Source: Bacteroidota bacterium (GTDB lineage: Bacteria; Bacteroidota; Bacteroidia; Bacteroidales; FEN-979). From it: a stretch of DNA of 64,000 bases. The stretch lies in NCBI GenBank assembly GCA_026391835.1, contig JAPLDF010000075.1, forward strand, positions 384,422 through 448,421, written 5' to 3'. Of this stretch, positions 1 to 8,571 are shown piece by piece. How positions within the stretch are numbered: position 1 is the first letter of the stretch; every line of letters begins with the position of its first letter. The notes under the pieces are model-generated. The model saw only the letters and a list, made by a program, of their open reading frames with translations, searched no databases and had not been told where the DNA came from. The position numbers and the translations under genes are program-made.

Positions 1-517
1 CGGTAACTGCCGAACGGTCGCCGCCGCTTTCCCGGATGACCGGGGCCGATTCGCCCGTGATGGCCGATTCGTCGACACTGGCAATGCCTTCAATCACCTC
101 ACCATCGGAGGGAATAACATCCCCTGTTTCGCAAACCACGATGTCGCCCTTTTTCAGTTCGGTCGCAAATGTTGAGACTTCCTGCCTGCCAACCATCTTG
201 CGGGCTTTTGTCTGTGTCCGGTTGTTCCTGAGACTTTCAGCCTGGGCTTTCCCCCGGCCTTCGGCAATTGCTTCAGCAAAATTGGCAAACAATACAGTAA
301 ACCAAAGCCAGGTGGCAATCTGGAAGTTGAATGAGGAAAAGTTCCCCTGGAAAATGCCTGTAATAACGATAATGGTTGTCAGGAACGATCCGATGGCTAC
401 AATAAAAATGACAGGATTTTTAATTAGAACAACAGGGTTTACTTTAATCACACTGTCTTTGGCAGCCTGCAACAGGATTTTTTTATTGAACAGGCTTGTA
501 TTTAGTTTAGTACTCAT
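1..517 (-). CDS. kdpB: K+-transporting P-type ATPase subunit B, N-terminal part (gene runs off the left edge)
   Basis: Absent from the ORF track because it is open at the window edge. Reverse translation from the ATG at 515-517 gives [13 protein letters not shown]...[55 protein letters not shown], a KdpB-type P-type ATPase N-terminus. It starts 11 nt after the kdpA stop. Confidence 0.9.
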   Translation of the reverse strand, partial: MSTKLNTSLFNKKILLQAAKDSVIKVNPVVLIKNPVIFIVAIGSFLTTIIVITGIFQGNFSSFNFQIATWLWFTVLFANFAEAIAEGRGKAQAESLRNNRTQTKARKMVGRQEVSTFATELKKGDIVVCETGDVIPSDGEVIEGIASVDESAITGESAPVIRESGGDRSAVT

Positions 518-528
518 TGTGTTGCAGG

Positions 529-2220
529 TTAAAAAGAGACGCCATTGTTCATCAGCAGATGTTCTGCTATTGGTCCAAGCGATAAAGCCGGGAAATAAGT
601 CAATCCGCCAACGATGAGGATGACCCCGATCAGCAAGCCGATAAACAGCCAGTTGTCCGTGCGAAAAGTTCCGGATGATGCAGGGGTTATATTCTTGCCT
701 GCCATGCTTCCTGCAATGGCCAGTACAGGAATAATAACGCCAAAGCGGCCAACCAGGATGACGAACCCGAGCGTCAGGTTATAAAACAAGGTGTTTGCAT
801 TTAACCCGGCAAAGGCACTGCCATTGTTCCCGGCTGCAGATGTATAGGCGTAAAGGATTTCAGAAAAACCATGCGGACCGGCATTGTTGAGGCCCGCCAA
901 CCCGTAACTGCTTACCGAGGCCCATGCAGTAAAAACCAGGATGGCAAAACTTGTTGCCAGGTTGGCGATGATGGCCATCTGCACCTCGAACGCGTTTATT
1001 TTTTTACCGAGGTATTCAGGTGTCCGGCCAACCATCAGGCCGGCAATGAAAACGGTCAGGATGATGAATATCACCATGCCATACAACCCGGCACCCACAC
1101 CGCCAAAAATAATCTCCCCCAGCATCATGTTGATCATTGCAACCATTCCTGATAACGGAGAAAGGCTGTCGTGCATGGCATTTACAGCACCGCAGGAAGC
1201 ATCGGTTGTGACTGTGGAAAACAACACGCTGTTGGTGATACCGAAACGCATCTCTTTCCCTTCCATCAGGGGTAAGTGTCCGAAAACAGGATTGCCCGAA
1301 TATTCAGCATACAGTGAAATGCTTAGCCCTGCCAGGAACATGATCAGCATCACCGAGAATATCGCCCATCCTTGTCGTGCGGAGCCCACCATTTTACCAT
1401 AGAGGTAAGTCAGGGATGCCGGGATGAGGAAAATGGCAAGTATTTGTAAAAAATTACTGAATGGTGTTGGGTTTTCGAACGGGTGGGCACTGTTGGCATT
1501 GAAAAATCCACCGCCGTTTGTGCCCAGCTGCTTTATTGCAATTTGCGAAGCTGCCGGTCCCATCGGGATTACCTGTTGTGTTCCTTGCAAGGTTAGAACC
1601 GTTTCATATGCTTTAAAATTCTGGACAACACCCTGGCCCACAAGTACAATGGCAAAAATAACCGACAGCGGCAAAAGCACATACAGCGTTGAGCGGGTCA
1701 GGTCCGTCCAGAAATTGCCGATTTTAGTGGTTGATTTCCGTGATAAACCCCGTATTACCGCCAATACTACTGCTATTCCGGTCGCTGCACTCACAAAATT
1801 CTGAACAGTGAGGCCGGTCATCTGTACGAAATAGCTCAATGTTGTTTCTCCGGAATACCCCTGCCAGTTGGTATTGGTCACAAAACTGACCGAGGTATTG
1901 ATGGCCGAATGCCATGAGACATTTGGGAGGTGTGCCGGGTTCAGCGGAAGATAGGCCTGGGAAATTTGAAACAGGAACAAAAATACAATTCCAATCAAAT
2001 TGAACATCAGCAAACTGAAGGTATACGACTTCCAGTTTGATTCTTCAACGGGGTCAACTCCGGCAAACCGGTAAATGAGCCTTTCAAGCCATCCGAATAC
2101 CGGCAGCATGACATGCTTTTTCCCGGTAAACACCTTTTCCATGTAGGTCCCCAGGATAGGAGTAAGCCCGATCAATATTGCGATAAATAGAATTATCTGG
2201 ATAAAATCCTGTGGTATCAT
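529..2220 (-). CDS. kdpA: K+-transporting ATPase subunit A
   Basis: 563-aa polytopic membrane ORF with the typical KdpA length and N-terminus ([31 protein letters not shown]). It lies between a KdpF-like micro-ORF and kdpB in canonical kdpFAB order. Confidence 0.92.
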   Translation of the reverse strand: MIPQDFIQIILFIAILIGLTPILGTYMEKVFTGKKHVMLPVFGWLERLIYRFAGVDPVEESNWKSYTFSLLMFNLIGIVFLFLFQISQAYLPLNPAHLPNVSWHSAINTSVSFVTNTNWQGYSGETTLSYFVQMTGLTVQNFVSAATGIAVVLAVIRGLSRKSTTKIGNFWTDLTRSTLYVLLPLSVIFAIVLVGQGVVQNFKAYETVLTLQGTQQVIPMGPAASQIAIKQLGTNGGGFFNANSAHPFENPTPFSNFLQILAIFLIPASLTYLYGKMVGSARQGWAIFSVMLIMFLAGLSISLYAEYSGNPVFGHLPLMEGKEMRFGITNSVLFSTVTTDASCGAVNAMHDSLSPLSGMVAMINMMLGEIIFGGVGAGLYGMVIFIILTVFIAGLMVGRTPEYLGKKINAFEVQMAIIANLATSFAILVFTAWASVSSYGLAGLNNAGPHGFSEILYAYTSAAGNNGSAFAGLNANTLFYNLTLGFVILVGRFGVIIPVLAIAGSMAGKNITPASSGTFRTDNWLFIGLLIGVILIVGGLTYFPALSLGPIAEHLLMNNGVSF

Positions 2221-2294
2221 CTTATATTACTGTATTAGAAATCATTATCCCGCTTAACCCGACTGAAAATTCAATGCCCATATTCAGCCTGGAA

Positions 2295-2390
2295 TTAAAA
2301 TTTTTCAGGTTTGATAAGTGAATAAACAAGGTATGCCAGGATAAAAAAAGCAATAATGGCTCCAATAACATACCCATGGGTGAAAGTCAT
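2295..2390 (-). CDS. kdpF: K+-transporting ATPase subunit F (31-aa micro-ORF; alternative in-frame ATG at 2432)
   Basis: Below the ORF-track size cutoff. Reverse translation gives MTFTHGYVIGAIIAFFILAYLVYSLIKPEKF*, a single TM helix with the KdpF-like C-terminal LVYxLIxPExF pattern. It lies 74 nt upstream of kdpA. Confidence 0.7.
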   Translation of the reverse strand: MTFTHGYVIGAIIAFFILAYLVYSLIKPEKF

Positions 2391-2551
2391 CCCGGTAGGT
2401 TTTGTTGTAAATGCCAAAAGCGTTGCGTTCATTTTACATCGTTTTTTTAACGGTACAAAATTGCAACGGAATTTATAAGGGTTTTATAAGGATGGGGCGG
2501 AAGGGATAAGGATTTTATAAAGATGCACTGTATAGAAGCATAGCTTTATTG

Positions 2552-3331
2552 TTATTTTTTATCATCTGTTTTTTCTAACATTGATTCAAAGGCAGCTAAG
2601 AATTTCAGTGTTTGAGGCCCTGGATTTGAAGCGTGTATGCGTTTTGCAGTACTTTTCCCGGCAAGTATTTGTTCTTTATTCCAGCCTTCCGGGTCAGTTG
2701 AACTAAGATAACTGAGCCCGTTTATGACCCCGCTGGCTGAAAGTTTTTTAATTTTATCCTCATCATACAACCTTAAAGCAAGCGTAATGGCTTGAGGAGA
2801 AGATTTATAATCCTTCTGCAACTGGGCAACAGCATGCTTTCGCACGTCAGCGGTACCTGCGTTCATTTGCGATACCAGGATAAAAATGGGTTCATTGTCA
2901 ATGGCATTGTTACCTTTCTGTCCCAGCGACTGCATCGTTGTATCAGAGGATGCCTGCAGTCCGGTGAACAACTGCTTGGCTTCATCTTCTGTCAAAGCAA
3001 GCCGGATCAGGTTTATAGTAAAATTCTTTTCCTTGTTGTCGCTCCCGTTTAAGTTAGGAAACAGGCTGATAACCCATTTGTAGCGTTCAACCCGTTCCTT
3101 CGACTCTTCTACGCCTGCCGACCTTTCCTTTAGCTTTAATTCCAAAGATTTTAATTCCGCCTCCCTTTCGTCGATGTGCATTTTTGTATTGGCATTCCAT
3201 GCCGTCAGGCAAATTGTGAGGACCGACCCTGCTATCCCAATCCAAAAGGATATTTTCTCATAAAATGATCTGTTCCCATTTGGCAATGGCTTTGAAGAGA
3301 TAGCGGAATTTATAATTTCATTTTCTTCCAT
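2552..3331 (-). CDS. hypothetical membrane-anchored protein (N-terminal TM helix, coiled coil, helical-repeat C-terminus)
   Basis: 259-aa ORF with a TM segment (ISFWIGIAGSVLTICLTAW) followed by a charged heptad-like stretch (EREAELKSLELKLKERSAGVEESKERVERYK). No recognisable catalytic motif. Confidence 0.55.
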   Translation of the reverse strand: MEENEIINSAISSKPLPNGNRSFYEKISFWIGIAGSVLTICLTAWNANTKMHIDEREAELKSLELKLKERSAGVEESKERVERYKWVISLFPNLNGSDNKEKNFTINLIRLALTEDEAKQLFTGLQASSDTTMQSLGQKGNNAIDNEPIFILVSQMNAGTADVRKHAVAQLQKDYKSSPQAITLALRLYDEDKIKKLSASGVINGLSYLSSTDPEGWNKEQILAGKSTAKRIHASNPGPQTLKFLAAFESMLEKTDDKK

Positions 3332-3721
3332 GATATACGGTTATAATTAATAGATGAAACATTAAATTAATTAATATAAAATATTGATTATGATAAAATA
3401 ACACACAATCTGTTTGGAAAATAATGGCCAAATATACAAATATATATTCCATAACAAACAACATACATTCAATAAAAGATGAAGACCATTTTCATAGTTC
3501 CCCCGGCACCTGTCTCCCCTTCTCCTTGAGGAGAAGGGGTCAGGGGGATGAGGTATATGATGCATAGGTCGTAGGGGTGAGGTATCCCATATTTTCTTCC
3601 CAGCAATCAAAGAATATTTGCTGGTCAAACCACATCGTAAGCAAAGTTTTACTAATTTGCCGGATGATTTGATGGTGCCTGTTTGCACCATGATCAAACA
3701 CTAATTCCGGGGTAAAAACGT

Positions 3722-4216
3722 ATGAGGAACCTGTTGTTTTTATTTGTCATCTTCACAATAACCTTTTCAGGGTGTGCCCGGTCGGCACAACAGTATGTCG
3801 CACAGGCAAAATCAAAATATGATGCCCAGGACTTCAAGGGGGCCATTTTTGACTATTCGAAGGCGATTGCAAAGGATCCGGGATTGCCGGAAGCTTATTA
3901 CAGCAGGGGGATTGCCAAAAGGACCTTCAGGAAGAATTGTGTCGGAATTTATTTTACACCTAAATCCAACACGGTACAACCCAAAAACCAGAGTTCCACT
4001 TCCTCTGTCGAAAAATTATTTCCGTTTTGCATGGGAGAAATAGATGACTATACCCGGGCCATCGGGTTGAACCCTGCCTATGCGGATGCCTACTTCAGCC
4101 GCGGATTGGCGGAAATTGATTTTGGCCTGCTGGACAGCGCATGCATTGACCTGAAAAAAGCCGGCTCACTCGGCAACGAAGAAGCCCAGGACCTGATACT
4201 GTTAAACTGCAGGTAA
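3722..4216 (+). CDS. TPR-repeat lipoprotein carrying an atypical internal insertion
   Basis: Signal peptide with lipobox (FTITFSGC). TPR-like strings AIFDYSKAIAKDPGLPEAYYSRGIAK and IDDYTRAIGLNPAYADAYFSRGLAE are separated by a non-TPR stretch (RTFRKNCVGIYFTPKSNTVQPKNQSSTSSVEKLFPFCM). Confidence 0.7.
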   Translation: MRNLLFLFVIFTITFSGCARSAQQYVAQAKSKYDAQDFKGAIFDYSKAIAKDPGLPEAYYSRGIAKRTFRKNCVGIYFTPKSNTVQPKNQSSTSSVEKLFPFCMGEIDDYTRAIGLNPAYADAYFSRGLAEIDFGLLDSACIDLKKAGSLGNEEAQDLILLNCR

Positions 4217-4458
4217 CCGGTTTAAGCATAACCCAATGGCTCTCTGGAGGGTTTTCTGCACTGTTAAGAGATGAACAACAAAAAATGTTTTATTTTTACC
4301 GTGACTTTATGTCCCGGCTGAAAAGATATTCGGCAGCCGGGCTCTAATAATAATCTTGTTTTCGTGATTACCGAGATAAAATTGCCGGCTGACAACGAGG
4401 ATTGGAATATCAATGGGGCACTACGAAACGTGGGTAATACAACGAAGAATCTTTCGAT

Positions 4459-6600
4459 ATGGACAATCTGAACAAAACCAGGGAAGAACTTATGGATGAC
4501 CTGATTAAAATTCAGCAGGAACGTGAATCATTGCACACAAAGTTCCAGGCTGAAACCATCAAACGGTTGCAGGCAGAGGAACGGTTGCGATTCAATGAAG
4601 AAAAATATGAATTAATCGCTCATTCTACCCTGGAAACGATTTTTATCCTTGATCAGCGTGGACACTGCATTTTTTTTAATGACAGCCTGGAATCACTCCT
4701 GGGCTATAAAAACGAAGATGTAGTTGGTCTCCCTTTCACCAAATTTGTGCCCATTAAGGAAATACCAAGGTTTCTCATACAGCTGAAAAATGTTTTCATG
4801 GATAAAATTGTCCATGATTTTGTTACCCAGGTCTATCACAAGGACGGCCATCTTGTGGATGTTGAAATCAACGGAAAACTGACAAGGTACAAAGGAGAGT
4901 TGGCGGGGCAGGGCACCATCAGGGATGTTTCGGCGCGGATGCAGGTTCAGAATGCGTTGGAGGACAGCCTTCAAAGTTACAAGGGACTGTTTGATTCTGT
5001 TTCCGAGGCAATCTATATTCACAAGGAAGACGGTGTATTCATCAATGTGAACACCGGGGCTGTCAAAATGTATGGGTATTCACGCAATGAACTTATTGGC
5101 AGAAGCCCGGAGTTGGTTTCCGCCCCCGGGTTGAACGACCTGCAGGAAGTATCCAGGCTTATTCACAAGACAATGACCACCGGAAAGCCGGAACAGATGG
5201 AGTTCTGGGGCCTGAGGAAAAACGGGGAAATATTTCCCAAGGATGTGATTTTTCACAAAGGACTCTATAAGGGGGAGGAGGTGATCATCACGACTGCACG
5301 CGATATCACGGAACATAAACTCGCCGAACAGAACCTCCGCCTCTATAAGGAGATCATTGACCATTCCGCCGACGGCATTGCCATTCTTGACCTGAATGGT
5401 TTTTATATAGAACAGAATGATTCACATAAGGTTCTCATCGGCTTTACTGACAAGGAACTGGAAGGCAAAACACCCGCCATCCATCTTGGGGATGATACCT
5501 TTTCGATTATACAGCAGGAACTTGCAACACATGGCAGGTTCAAGGGGGAAGTTGTATCCCATACACGAAACGGGGATGCCGTCATTGAACTCAATGCATT
5601 CACTTTGAAAAATGACCAGGGGGAGATATTGTGCCAGATCGTCATTCAACGGGATATCACCAAACGAAAAAAAGCGGAACAGGCTTTGCGTGAAAGCGAA
5701 GCAAAATACAGGATCCTTGCCGAAAAGATGCATGACGTTGTCTGGATACTCAACCTCGACCTGCAGGTTGTATATGTCAGCCCATCCACTGAATATATAC
5801 TTGGGTTTACGCCCGAAGAACGTATGTCGATGCGGATTGATGAATGCATGGTTCCGGAGTCGCTCGATTATGCCATGCAGGTTCTTATCAACGAGGCTGT
5901 TACCAGCCAGGAGGCCAGTGCCGACAAGGGCAGGGGGGTGCTCCTGGAACTGGAATATTACCACAAAGATGGTTCTACGCGCTGGCTTGAGCAAAGTATC
6001 AACGGCATCTATGACGAAAACGGGGAACTTACCGAAATCATGGGCGTTGCAAGAGACATCACCGAGCGCAAAAAGGCAAATGATGCCCTGCAGCAAAATG
6101 CTGAAAGTTATCGCGCATTGTTCAACAGCGTCACCGACGCCATCTATGTGCTCGACCAGGATGGCAAATTTATTGATGTCAACCTGGGTGCCATTGACAT
6201 GTATGGGTATCCTCATGAAGTCCTTGTCGGAAAAGATCCTGCCTTTGTTTCCGCTCCCGGCATGAATGATTTTGAAAAAATTACGGAAATGCTGAAATCT
6301 GCATTCAAAGGTAATCCGCAACAGTTTGAATTCTGGGGTAAAAAATCAAACAATGAACATTTTCTAAAAGATGTACGGCTTCGCAATGGCACCTATTTCG
6401 GGCAAAAGGTGATTGTTGCCATTGCCCGGGATATCACCACCCGTAAACAGGCTGAAATAGCATTGACAAACAAGGTCAATGAACTGGAATGTCTGAACAA
6501 ACGGCTGACAGGTGAGGAGCAGCAACTTGCCAGCCTGAAACATGAAGTGAATGAACTGCTGGCAAAAATGGGTGAGGAAAAAAAATATTATGACGTATGA
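4459..6600 (+). CDS. multi-PAS/PAC sensor protein with no recognisable output domain
   Basis: 713 aa with an N-terminal coiled coil. Five PAS/PAC-like modules each end in an RD(I/V)(T/S) motif: IRDVSARM, ARDITEHK, QRDITKRK, ARDITERK, ARDITTRK. The C-terminus is a coiled coil. No H-box/HATPase, GGDEF, EAL or HTH motif was seen. Confidence 0.8.
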   Translation: MDNLNKTREELMDDLIKIQQERESLHTKFQAETIKRLQAEERLRFNEEKYELIAHSTLETIFILDQRGHCIFFNDSLESLLGYKNEDVVGLPFTKFVPIKEIPRFLIQLKNVFMDKIVHDFVTQVYHKDGHLVDVEINGKLTRYKGELAGQGTIRDVSARMQVQNALEDSLQSYKGLFDSVSEAIYIHKEDGVFINVNTGAVKMYGYSRNELIGRSPELVSAPGLNDLQEVSRLIHKTMTTGKPEQMEFWGLRKNGEIFPKDVIFHKGLYKGEEVIITTARDITEHKLAEQNLRLYKEIIDHSADGIAILDLNGFYIEQNDSHKVLIGFTDKELEGKTPAIHLGDDTFSIIQQELATHGRFKGEVVSHTRNGDAVIELNAFTLKNDQGEILCQIVIQRDITKRKKAEQALRESEAKYRILAEKMHDVVWILNLDLQVVYVSPSTEYILGFTPEERMSMRIDECMVPESLDYAMQVLINEAVTSQEASADKGRGVLLELEYYHKDGSTRWLEQSINGIYDENGELTEIMGVARDITERKKANDALQQNAESYRALFNSVTDAIYVLDQDGKFIDVNLGAIDMYGYPHEVLVGKDPAFVSAPGMNDFEKITEMLKSAFKGNPQQFEFWGKKSNNEHFLKDVRLRNGTYFGQKVIVAIARDITTRKQAEIALTNKVNELECLNKRLTGEEQQLASLKHEVNELLAKMGEEKKYYDV

Positions 6601-7952
6601 CGGTTGATTCACGAAGGATTTTTACCCTGAAACAGGCTGATACCGAGCCGGGCACGGTGGTTTACTGGATGCAGCGTGATCAGCGGGCTGGCGACAACTG
6701 GGCGCTGCTCTATGCCCAGGAAAGGGCTATTGCATTGCAACAGCCATTGATGGTTGTTTTTTGCCTCGTACCCGGCTACCTCGGCGCAACTGCCAGGCAA
6801 TATGGTTTTATGTTGAAAGGATTGGCTGTGGCTGCCCGCAGACTTTCAAGGTACAATATCCCTTTTACCCTCCTGCATGGTTTGCCGCAGGATGTGATCC
6901 CCAGGTTCCTGGTTGAATATGGCGCAGGAATGCTCATCACCGATTTTAACCCCCTGCATGTTCCTATGAACTGGCAGAAAAGGCTTGCGGAGCGGGTGGA
7001 AGTGCCTTTTTATGAAGTGGATGCCCACAATATCATTCCTTCACGGTTTATTTCGGACAAGCAGGAATATGCCGCCTTCACCCTGCGAAAAAAGGTTGAA
7101 CGCCTCTTGCCTGAGTTTCTCACTGAATTCCCGCTCCTGGTCAAACACCCTGATTTTCCCGATTCGGCAGAAGTGCCGGCCACCGACTGGGCTGAAGTGA
7201 TGAAGTCGCTGCAGGCCGATCGGGCGGTTCCCGAGGTGGATTGGCTTGTCGCGGGAGAAACTGCCGCCGTTGGATCATTGTCCGATTTCATTGGCTCACG
7301 GCTCGACCAGTATGAAACCGGTCGTAACTTTCCCGACAGGAAAGGCCAGTCGGATATGTCGCCCTACCTCCATTTCGGACATCTCTCGCCCCAGCGCCTG
7401 GCGATGGAAGTCCGGCAAAACGAAGCCGATCCGGGATCGAGGAAGGCTTTCCTGGAGGAGTTGATCGTGCGCAGGGAACTGGCTGACAATTTCTGCCTTT
7501 ACAACGCCAGCTATGACCGTTTCAGCGGATTTCATGCGTGGGCGCAGGCTTCACTGAACAAACACCGTGACGATCCCCGCGAATACTGCTATTCGTTGGA
7601 TACCCTCGAAGAGGGGAGAACCCATGATCCTTTGTGGAATGCTGCCCAGTTCGAAATGGTCTCCAAAGGAAAGATGCATGGTTTCATGCGGATGTACTGG
7701 GCCAAAAAGATACTGGAATGGACCGCCTCCCCCGAGGAGGCCATGGAGGCCGCCATATTCCTGAACGATAAATATGAACTTGACGGAAGGGATCCGAACG
7801 GGTATGCAGGAATTGCCTGGTCAATCGGCGGCGTACACGACCGCCCCTGGGGCGAACGCAAAATATTCGGCATGATCCGGTATATGAACTACCAGGGATG
7901 CAAACGTAAATTTGACATCAACGCCTACATTTCCCCAAATCGTAAATCGTAA
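6597..7952 (+). CDS. phr: deoxyribodipyrimidine photolyase, class II
   Basis: 451 aa. The N-terminus VVYWMQRDQRAGDNWALLYAQ...FCLVPGYLGATARQYGFMLKGL...ITDFNPL...FYEVDAHNIIP matches the class II CPD photolyase pattern (Methanosarcina/plant type). ATGA overlap with the upstream PAS gene. Confidence 0.88.
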   Translation: MTVDSRRIFTLKQADTEPGTVVYWMQRDQRAGDNWALLYAQERAIALQQPLMVVFCLVPGYLGATARQYGFMLKGLAVAARRLSRYNIPFTLLHGLPQDVIPRFLVEYGAGMLITDFNPLHVPMNWQKRLAERVEVPFYEVDAHNIIPSRFISDKQEYAAFTLRKKVERLLPEFLTEFPLLVKHPDFPDSAEVPATDWAEVMKSLQADRAVPEVDWLVAGETAAVGSLSDFIGSRLDQYETGRNFPDRKGQSDMSPYLHFGHLSPQRLAMEVRQNEADPGSRKAFLEELIVRRELADNFCLYNASYDRFSGFHAWAQASLNKHRDDPREYCYSLDTLEEGRTHDPLWNAAQFEMVSKGKMHGFMRMYWAKKILEWTASPEEAMEAAIFLNDKYELDGRDPNGYAGIAWSIGGVHDRPWGERKIFGMIRYMNYQGCKRKFDINAYISPNRKS

Positions 7953-7978
7953 ATCGTAAATCGTAAATTGTAAATTGT
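7937..7978 (+). repeat. heptanucleotide tandem array, 4x AAATCGT plus 2x AAATTGT
   Basis: Read directly: aaatcgt x4 at 7937-7964 and aaattgt x2 at 7965-7978. The array contains the phr stop codon (7950-7952) and ends exactly at the tag ATG (7979). Confidence 0.95.
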
Positions 7979-8563
7979 ATGTCCGGTCTTACCACCTGCC
8001 CCTGGCCCTCCACCGATCCCCTGATGATCAGGTACCATGATGAAGAATGGGGTGTGCCTCTGCACGATGACCTCAAATTATTTGAATTCCTGGTGCTCGA
8101 TGCATTCCAGGCCGGTCTGAACTGGAAGACTATTTTGCACAAAAGGGAGAATTTCAGAAAAGCATTTCACGGGTTTGACCTGCTGAAAATATCAGGTTAT
8201 GACGAGAGTGATTTTGAGCGGCTGATGTCAGATGCCGGCATCATCAGGAACAAGGCAAAAATAAATGGCACCATCCGGAATGCCAGGTGTTTTCTCGAGG
8301 TGCAAAAGGAATTCGGAACATTCGACAAGTATATCTGGCAGTTCACCGGTGGGAAAACCATCGACCACAACCTGACCACCCTTGATGCAATGAGATCATC
8401 ATCGCCGGAATCTGATGCGATGAGCAAAGACTTGAAATCGAGGGGATTCAAATTTGTCGGCACTACAATTTGTTACGCTTTTATGCAAGCCGCCGGTATG
8501 GTCAACGACCACCTCACTTGCTGCCGCCATCGCAAATCTAAAATCGTAAATCGTAAATCGTAA
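7979..8563 (+). CDS. tag: DNA-3-methyladenine glycosylase I
   Basis: 194 aa with the Tag signature CPWPSTDPLMIRYHDEEWGVPLHDDLKLFEFLVLDAFQAGLNWKTIL. Confidence 0.9.
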   Translation: MSGLTTCPWPSTDPLMIRYHDEEWGVPLHDDLKLFEFLVLDAFQAGLNWKTILHKRENFRKAFHGFDLLKISGYDESDFERLMSDAGIIRNKAKINGTIRNARCFLEVQKEFGTFDKYIWQFTGGKTIDHNLTTLDAMRSSSPESDAMSKDLKSRGFKFVGTTICYAFMQAAGMVNDHLTCCRHRKSKIVNRKS

Positions 8564-8568
8564 ATTGG
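8534..8568 (+). repeat. heptanucleotide tandem array (AAATCTA, 3x AAATCGT, AAATTGG)
   Basis: Read directly. Same unit and orientation as the 7937-7978 array. It contains the tag stop codon (8561-8563) and sits 3 nt from the stop of the convergent gene at 8572. Confidence 0.95.
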
Positions 8569-8571
8569 ATC

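Noticed and set aside
36-617. 193-aa plus-strand ORF at the left edge
   Set aside because: It is antisense to a clear kdpB N-terminus (1-517, minus) and to the end of kdpA. Its composition is low-complexity, so it is a shadow ORF.
3371-3697. 108-aa minus-strand ORF in the 3332-3721 spacer
   Set aside because: It spans AT-rich promoter DNA and the GC-rich hairpin element, and its sequence is implausible (…HIPHPPDPFSSRRRGDRCRGNYEN…). It is treated as an artefact of the repeat element.
5422-6321. 299-aa minus-strand ORF, together with 5612-6265 (+), 4693-5022 (-) and 5080-5364 (-)
   Set aside because: All lie inside the 713-aa PAS gene, whose translation carries repeated, recognisable PAS/PAC motifs. 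The alternatives have no motifs and are frame shadows.
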